A stretch of 64,000 nucleotides of DNA from Camelus ferus (lineage: Eukaryota). Below, piece by piece: positions 55,886-64,000 of this stretch. The stretch lies in NCBI RefSeq assembly GCF_009834535.1, contig NC_045696.1, positions 29,080,001-29,144,000 on the forward strand, given 5' to 3'. A program made the translations under genes and the position numbers. The notes below the pieces were generated by a model that was not told the DNA's origin, made no database searches, and saw only the letters and a program-made list of their open reading frames with translations. The stretch's first letter is position 1. Each line of letters starts with the position of its first letter.

Positions 55886-57419
55886 CCTATGGTGTTTGTA
55901 CATGTGTTCTCAAGGGAGGTGTGGGGCATGGGAGAGCTGTGTAGACATGGCGTAAGAAATTAAAATGAACAAGGAAGTAAGAAGTCAGAAGAGAACTCTT
56001 CCTTCTGATTTCCTAGTCTTTTTAAAGACTTAAAGTCTAGTTAAAGTGATTCTGAAAGCCACAAGATATATGAGTCCTTGAAATCCATAATTAAGCTGCA
56101 AAATGGTCTTTTTACTGATAGGCAATCATGTTGATGTCACAATTAATGTCTGAACACCAGTTAATGTCCACATAGGGAAGAATAATTATAAAAAATCATT
56201 AATTAGGGCCTATTTACTGTTCCATTGTCAAAACTAATTGCCTGGAGTAAGATGTTCTCCCTTGATTAATGGGTTTATAAATGCAAGGCCCAGTCTCCGA
56301 AGGCTAAACTCTGTTTCCCAGGTGAAATGCTTAAGGTTCTGGTAACAGTTCACACCAGGTAATAGCCATGCCTTGTGCTTTGACTGCCCAGTCCAGATCT
56401 CAGTGTTATGTCAGGAACAGTCAGCTGAGTTTTGGACATTCAATAGATGACGCACTCAAATACCATGTTTTCTATAAAGATGAAACTCTTTTTAAAAACA
56501 GAACCTTCTGTTCTGTGGGGGCTGATTTTATTTTGGAAACTTTGCCCAATATGGAATATGGACTTAGAGTGAAAAACACAGTGTCTTCTTTGGTGCAGAG
56601 TGCTATATGTGTTCACTACACTATTCAATAATTATGTCCACCTTAAATGAACCCTAGATTCTGTCTGTCTGGTTTGGTTTCTGGAGAATCCAGGATGCAC
56701 CTATTTCCTGGGGCCTTGGGAATTGGGGAGGTATCCAAACAGTAGCATAGTTCAGCCCCAGAACTCAGTGATCTCCCAATCTTTCTAGCTGTAATACACA
56801 TACTCTTCCTCTGAGCTTCCAAAGCTTCTTTACTCCTGCTTAGCACTTTAGACAATCTCCCTCTTGTGTTATCACATCTTTGATGCCTGTTTGTTTCATG
56901 GAACAACTTGAAGGTTGGGAGAAGTATCAAAAATTGCAAATCTTTCCCAGTCCAGGAATTCAGTACAAACTCATTGAATAAATAAATGACTGAACAAATC
57001 GATCGCATGGGGAGATAAAAGCACATTTAAATTGTACATTTATATAACAAAAATTGAAGCTTAACTAATAACTTCATATAATATTGTTCTCATTAATATA
57101 TTACCACACCCCTCAGTGAAACAATAAATAGAGCCCTAATCTGACAATTAAAAATGACATTTCCCTGATAGTGGTAAGTGCTATTATTCAATATTTTATT
57201 CCTATTTACTATTTATCCGAAGTTTGTAATAGTGAGTGTGAAAATATAAATAAGACCCCTTAGCAGGGAGAAGACGTAACCCTTATTTTTAACCTCTAAT
57301 TCACTAAAATATTATTCATCCATTATGTCCTGTGGAAATAAAAATGGAAAGCATATACAAAACAAATGAAATGGAAGGTAATACATATATTTGCTTATAA
57401 CGCATAAATTGCTTTCCAT

Positions 57420-57546
57420 TCATTTTCATATATTTATATATATAATAAAATTTCTTATATATAATTTATACTTTCTTATATATAATATATAATAATTATG
57501 TTATATAATTATAATATATTTATAATTTATTTTATACACACACACA
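57420..57546. repeat. AT-rich low-complexity (TA/TAA) tract ending in (CA)n
   Basis: Direct reading. Confidence 0.85.
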
Positions 57547-57924
57547 CTGATAGTTCTTAATGAGAAAAAGAGAGATCAAAATGAGTATGAAGAGAATTTT
57601 CCAATATTCCCTGTACCACATTTTAAAAAATCATTTCAGGACCTCCAAAAGTCACCAAGACGGAATTGGATATGTAAGAAATTGGCTGAGAGTAACCTGG
57701 GGAGAATAAGGCCTTCGAGTGAAAGCTGAGATGAATCCCAAATGTACAGCCACTGGAGGCTGTCAGCTAAGAACACTCCACAGCAGGGTTTCTGTGGCAA
57801 GGAGATCTGAGCAACGGCCTCCCACAGCTGCTACAAACTTCAGCCCCCCAACAAGGCGCAGAGGGATTTGCCTCTAAAGTATTTCTACTTAGAATGTTTC
57901 AATAACTCTCATTATAAAATCCCT

Positions 57925-58365
57925 TGTTAGGACTACTTTAGATTAAAAGGGACTGAAGAAACATAACAAAAGTTGATGTGTCATCCTTGTTAGCATGCTG
58001 GTCTTAATAAAAATTAGTTTAAATAAAACAGCTATAAAAAAATACTGGGGGGACAATCATTAACATCTTAATATAGACTTGATAGTAGATGATCTCAGGA
58101 AAATACTTTTAACTTTTTATGAGTCAACAGTGCTGTGGTTATACAGAAAATGTTCATATTTATTATAGATGAATACTGTAAATATTTAAGGGTAAAATGC
58201 CATGATATCTTTATTTTAAATACATTAGCAAAAAAAGTAGCAAACAAGTCCAAATGTTCAGTCCAATCATTAGATACCTTGTGAGTATATGTATGTTTAT
58301 TAAATTAAATATTTTCTCACTGTAACGTATGTTTGGATATTATTATGGTAAAAACATTAAAGAAA
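57925..58365 (+). mobile_element. Old L1MC/ME-type 3'UTR remnant
   Basis: tagattaaaagggactgaagaaacataacaa...gtgctgtggttatacagaaaatgttc...aaatatttaagggtaaaatgccatgatatct. Confidence 0.65.
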
Positions 58366-61300
58366 AATAGAAACTAACGCCTTTATTTTAAAACATTCCA
58401 ATCAAAAGGAGAGTTGTAATAAATAATGAAGGAAAATTTTACTCTTCTTTATTCTTAGTAAACTTAGAAGAAAGATATTATTAAAGACATTATTTCATCT
58501 GTGGATGAAAACTGCTCTATTTTACTTTATTTTTTCACAGACATTCACTTTATTGTAACCACTTTAAGAATCACATGATCCATTACAATGAGATGTATTT
58601 CTAATATGCATGGCTCAGACACCAGGGGACCCACTTTTTTTTAATATAAAGGAATATTTATTGTGATATATATTTTAAAATGCTAATTTTGCTTTAATTA
58701 GGGAATCTTTAAGAAACAAACACCATTTACTGGGATGTCAGTGGTGAACAGATTGCCTGGTCTTCTATCTCCTGATGCATGTCCTACAGCTCTCATTTTC
58801 TGTGGTCACCCTTCTAGTCTCAGCATTCTCCTCCTTAGCATATAAAAACAGTCAGAACATGAGATTAAGGTAGACTACCTGTAAAGTTTATAATATGTTA
58901 AATAATGAAGGAATTACTTTGCTACATACAGATATTAAAAAAAGAAAGAACACAGAGAAGGATGCAATATTTGCCAAAAATTAATATTGAGTTATAGACA
59001 ATGACTTCAGATAAAGACGTTTAAGTGTGTATCATATTTAGCATCATCACTTTTTTCATCCAAAGCAATTCTTTCAGTAAGAGGTCTGAATTTATGCACA
59101 TACATTGAAAAGTAAGGATCTAATTAGGAAAAGACTAAACTTTTGGAGATTCTGCAGGGAAGTTAAGGCAGCTGATAGCTGAAAATATATTTATTCTTCA
59201 TATGCTTTTAGCAGAAATAGCTTATGTATATGACAAAGAAAGACATGTTGTTCATGTATCTCGCTCAGCATGAAGAAACTAAATCATCACCCCAGCATCT
59301 AATACCTCACTTGCATTTCCTCTGCCAGATAATATGATGGATTTTCAATAGTAGCTATGGTTCAAGCTTTGTAGAAGTCCTAAATACCATTTGCCTTAAT
59401 GATATCAATTTCTTGATAATACAAGGTATCTATTCCTTGTGTCATCTTGGTGATTATTCTTTGCTACGTTAAATTTTGTTTTTTTGAATGGAATCCACAT
59501 CCCTTCTGTAGTGCAGCCCAGCATTCAAATACTCTCTAGTGCTCCAATTCTTAACAAACAATGTTTATTTTCCCTCCACTGGCAGAAATAAGTACCAGTG
59601 CAATATATTAATTCAGTTATTCATTCATTTGTTCTCTCAGTCATTCATACTTTCACTCAACATTTCAATATTGCACAAGATTCTAAGGATGCAAAGATAT
59701 AGTCAAGGCATTCTCCCTCAAGGAATTATATAAAGGGAGCACAGACAAACTATTGATTTTAATAGAAAGTGATAAACACTATCATAGCGGTAAGCTGTCT
59801 CTCACCTACTGTGTTTCCCCAGGCAGAGGACCATCTCTGTGTTCTAAGAAATTCAATACTTCTAGAGTTAAATTACTTAGTGTCTATGGCATTTGTTACT
59901 GTTTCCAAGTCACTGCATCAAAACCACGTTTAAAGATGGTAGGTCCATGCTACAAAACAACAATCAAAATGTACACCTCCATCCCTACTCCCTCTAATTC
60001 AGATTCCACTAATTTTACACAGATTCTCTGTTGCTTGTTTTCTGTTCTTTCTGAGGGCATAACAAAAGTGGCAATGTTTCATTTGCCTCAGTTTGTTACA
60101 GAATGTTCTGTGCGTGGAGGATACGTTCTAACTCATCTCACTGCTGAGTTGCTTCTCCTGCCCTTTCTTCTAACCTAGACTATTTTCTCTTTTCAGAGAG
60201 TGCTCACCTTATTCAAAGCAGCTAAAAATTTCATGCAATACATTATCAACTACTAACAAACTTGAACAAAGAATTTATGGAAGGCAAGGAGACTAAAGCT
60301 TTCATAATAATATAGAGGTGATGTGACACATGTTTAGGTGACAAACCATTTCCCAAAATGCATGTACAGTCATGGTAACAGAAAGTCACAGTTAACTAAC
60401 ATCTTCTATGGAATTCAAGAAGTTTGTCCATAGGAGCTAAGGTTGAATATATCAGGTTGTACAGCAAAGAAAGATACTTCCAGAAGATAAAATGACTATT
60501 TTTGTGGGTAAAGTAAGATAGAATGTGCTGTGTATGGGAAATGGCATGTAATTTATTATTGTTGAATTATAAAGTTTGTGGAGAAGAGTTCCCGAAAATT
60601 AACCCAGACAGGTGACAAGTACCCACTAATGGAGAAGTTTTTACTATGCAAAGAAGTCTGAATTTTAAATTATATATAGGAAGATACAATAATAATTTTA
60701 AGCAGAAAACTTACATGATTTAAATTTGAATTTAGAAAGATCACTCTTACTCAGTTTTAAGGATGAATAGTTGAGTTCTGAATCTATGAAGATAGAATTA
60801 CCTAACAACTGAGAGGAATAAACCCTAGAAAAATATGATTTATCTCATTTATCTTCTTTCAATGTTTCTATAAAATAGAAATATATGGATTATATGATTG
60901 TGTGTGCCTGAGTAGGAGAGAATACCCACAGAAAAACAATGCAGTGGTTGTCAGTTATTATTTTTTTTATTTGTTTGTTTGGTGGTAATTTCCTAGTAAA
61001 TTTAACACCGTGACTTTAGAGTATGTGGAGCACATCGTTAGGTTTGTCTTGAAAGACGTCTAACTAACCAATCTGCCAAAAGAGACTGGACGGATTGATG
61101 AAATAGTCCCTACATATTCTGAAAGGTTCTAACTCTTAATATATCCTTGGAATTGTTTCATGAATATAATAAAGTATAACTTGTGAATAAAAGTGGTTTC
61201 TAAGACATACTCTATTTTCATTTTTGCTTTTCAGTAACTACTTTATCATATATTTAGTTTTTTATACTTCTCCTAATTCCACAACATATGGGAAAATTCA

Positions 61301-62108
61301 ACAGGAAAATATAAAGTCAACTGTGAAGTCAGACTCAACAAGGACATGGGAAGAGGAAGTGTTGTGGAACCAAAGTCACAGTGTACACATGTGTGGATCT
61401 AAAAGCCAACATGTTGCGAGAATTGATCCACACTTAGAATCTTAGCTCCAGTTGACCAACAGAAAAGAAAATACTACCAATTACAAAAATGTTCATTGTC
61501 ATTAAAACATATTCCAGTTTCTCAGAGAAGCAGAGCTTTTTCTAGTACTACATGATTCTAAAAATAATTTCTCATATGTAACTAGAGTTAGAAATTGCTT
61601 AAGCTATTTGTTGGCTTTTAATAAATAACTGGGGTTTTATTTTCTGCTTATAATCTTCAAAAATGATACTCTATGGTCAGTTAATTCCGCTGAAAGATGG
61701 TAAATTTACATGTAAAAGGGCAAATGTTTAATCTAGAACAGTTAAGTAATTCATCAATTTGCAGTGCAAGATAGAGATCATAAATTGTTCTCAGACCACA
61801 AGTTTATAATTATTAAAACAAATTTTATTTCAGTAACATATTATCTATGAAGATAGATTAATTCACACAAATCTTTAAAATGTTTTACTAAAAAAAAATT
61901 ATTTACCAAGTGAATTTTAATAAACTATTGCACAAATAAAGCTAAACATTTAGTAACTTTCTTTAGGCTTTCATTACTATCAAAAAGAAGAGACATCACA
62001 TATAAGGATAAAAGCATCATAAAGAAATATTGGTTCAAATGGGTGCAAATGAGAGTAAAATTTTTATACATATTATCCATGCAAATTGTTTTTTACTAAA
62101 TCTTGCAC

Positions 62109-62427
62109 TAAATAAACTTATTTACAAAACAGAAACAGACTCACAGACATAGAAAACAAACTTATGGTTACCAAGGAGGCAGGGGGAGTGGAGGAATAAA
62201 TTGGGAGTTTGGGACTTGCAGATACTATATACTATACATAAAATACATAAACAGCAAGGTTCTACTGTACAGCATAGGGAACTACATTCAAATTACATTC
62301 AATATCTTGTAATAGCCTATAATGAAAAAGAATATGAAAAGAAATACATATGTACAACTGATTCACTATGCTGTACACCAGAAATTAACACAACATTGTA
62401 AACTGACTATACTTCAATAAAAAAATA
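62109..62427 (+). mobile_element. Artiodactyl-type L1 3'UTR fragment
   Basis: acttatttacaaaacagaaacagactcacagacatagaaaacaaacttatggttacc...gctgtacaccagaaattaacacaacattgtaaactgactatacttcaataaaa. Confidence 0.9.
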
Positions 62428-62629
62428 GTAATATTGCTTAAAAAACCACAAATTCTCTTTAAGAATCATAAAAGTAAAAATAATAGCATAGGGAAGCAGT
62501 AAATGTTAGAGATTCTAGATAAAGGAAAATTAATGAGAAAATTTTCATAATTAGATATTATACAAATATATTTATTTATTTGTTTGTTTGTTTATATCAA
62601 AGTGATAGATAAATTTAAAGCAATTTGAA

Positions 62630-63830
62630 GAGGATTCTGGAAAGATGACAGTTTGAATCCATATTCATATCCCTCCACTGCGAATTTCAAACCATCTGCC
62701 TCTTCTGAGCCAAGCTAAGGCAGGGCCTGCAAGGCAGGTGTTGCAGAAATGTACATGAGAAGTTTGAAGTTTCTATCTGAGTCCTGAAGGAGAGAAACAT
62801 TACTGAATCTCTTTCTTCTAACCAGGAGGAAGTACTACGGAATATTGCCACTGGCTCCTGGGGAGAGTTAAGATCACAAATCTATTGTACACTGGCAGAA
62901 AGCTACCCTCTGCTAGAATTACTGTGTCTCTTTTACCTAGCCCCAGCATTATTGAAGAAGCTTTAAAAGAAGAACTAATTCTCTTCAATGCTGGAAAGTG
63001 GGAGCAAGGAGAAGGGTGAGAGCCTTATGACACCTCTATAAGATATTGGCAACAGGCAAGCCCACAGAAAAAGAGAACTCTACCACATGTGTCATCATTT
63101 AAGTAGTCCTGGGGTTAGGTTAGGTGCCAGTCTGAAATTTCCCAAGAATGTAACATGCAAAAGACATTCTCAAAAAGTTTTTGAAACAGAGCAGAAAAGA
63201 ACAAGAGACTTGGGCCAAAATAATATAAGCAATTAAGGAAACTAGAGAGCATTCAAATTAAATTTTATAGAAATTACAAAAAAATGCTTATTAAATGAAA
63301 ACAAATCAGCTGATGAATTGAAGAAGATTAAAATACAAATTAAAGATATGGAACGTTAAGTTCAAGACATACAATAAAGAATGGAACCAAAACAACCAAA
63401 TAAAAAAACATAAATTCTGACTCAGAGGATAGATATGAAAGACCAAATACAAGATAAATAAGAGAGTTTAATAGATAAGAAAAATATGGGGCAAAAAGAT
63501 ATAGTTTGGTTCTGCAAACTGAAAGGACTCATAGATTTCCAGTTGGGATTGATTTTTTTTAAAATAAGATATATCTTGATAAACTTTCTGAAACATATGT
63601 ATAAAGAGAATGTATTATAAACCTACAAACAGAAGGAATCTATGTAGAATAAAATTTCTACCCACACAACTCATCTGAGAAGATAAACTGAAACAAAACA
63701 GCAAAGTGAATAAGCACAGAAATCGTAACAGAGAAAAAGATAACTTTAAAGTTACATCTAAATGGGGCATAAGTATTGAAAGATTCTTGCAATGGGAAAA
63801 ATAGATAGCAATAAAAATGCTAATGCTACT
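62630..63830 (+). mobile_element. Ancient L1M/HAL1-like 5' end and ORF1 remnant
   Basis: gaggattctggaaagatgacag start followed by A-rich ORF1-like decay (gaggatagatatgaaagaccaaatacaagataaataaga, ctgcaaactgaaaggactca). Confidence 0.5.
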
Positions 63831-64000
63831 TGAGAGCAAAGATACAAAATCAAGGAGAGCAAATTTTAGGGAAAGAAGAAAGAAAGCAATCCAATGTTTT
63901 TATAAGGGGGAAGAGGTAAAACAATAAAAGAGTTGAGATATGAAAATATTACAAATGTTTTATGTTATAGGGCAGTGAGAAAGAAAGGAAATGGGGAACA

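Noticed and set aside
59753..60178. 141-aa ORF
   Set aside because: Non-ATG start overlapping L2-like debris, with no domain or splice support.

Overview
AT-rich, CpG-depleted mammalian genomic DNA, most likely camelid (a tRNA-Ala-derived SINE resembling the camelid Vic-1 family lies at ~27.8 kb). The window looks like the interior of one or more very large introns. I cannot identify any intact protein-coding gene, RNA gene or prokaryotic-type system. Nearly all listed ORFs are chance frames or decayed LINE-1 pieces. Much of the window is transposon debris: L1 fragments, MaLR/ERVL/ERV1 LTRs, MER DNA transposons and MIR/L2 remnants. This includes a ~7.9 kb L1 (45.8-53.6 kb) that keeps both its 5' and 3' ends and carries three nested insertions, one a young CpG-rich 424-bp solo LTR. 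The best non-repeat signal is a 9-nt minus-strand microexon candidate (397-405, ttttcag|ATAAGCGCG|gtgagt), implying a minus-strand host gene that I could not name. There are also weaker exon candidates and several enhancer-like unique segments. Repeat family names are recalled from consensus sequences, not from a database search. Boundaries of old repeats are approximate.
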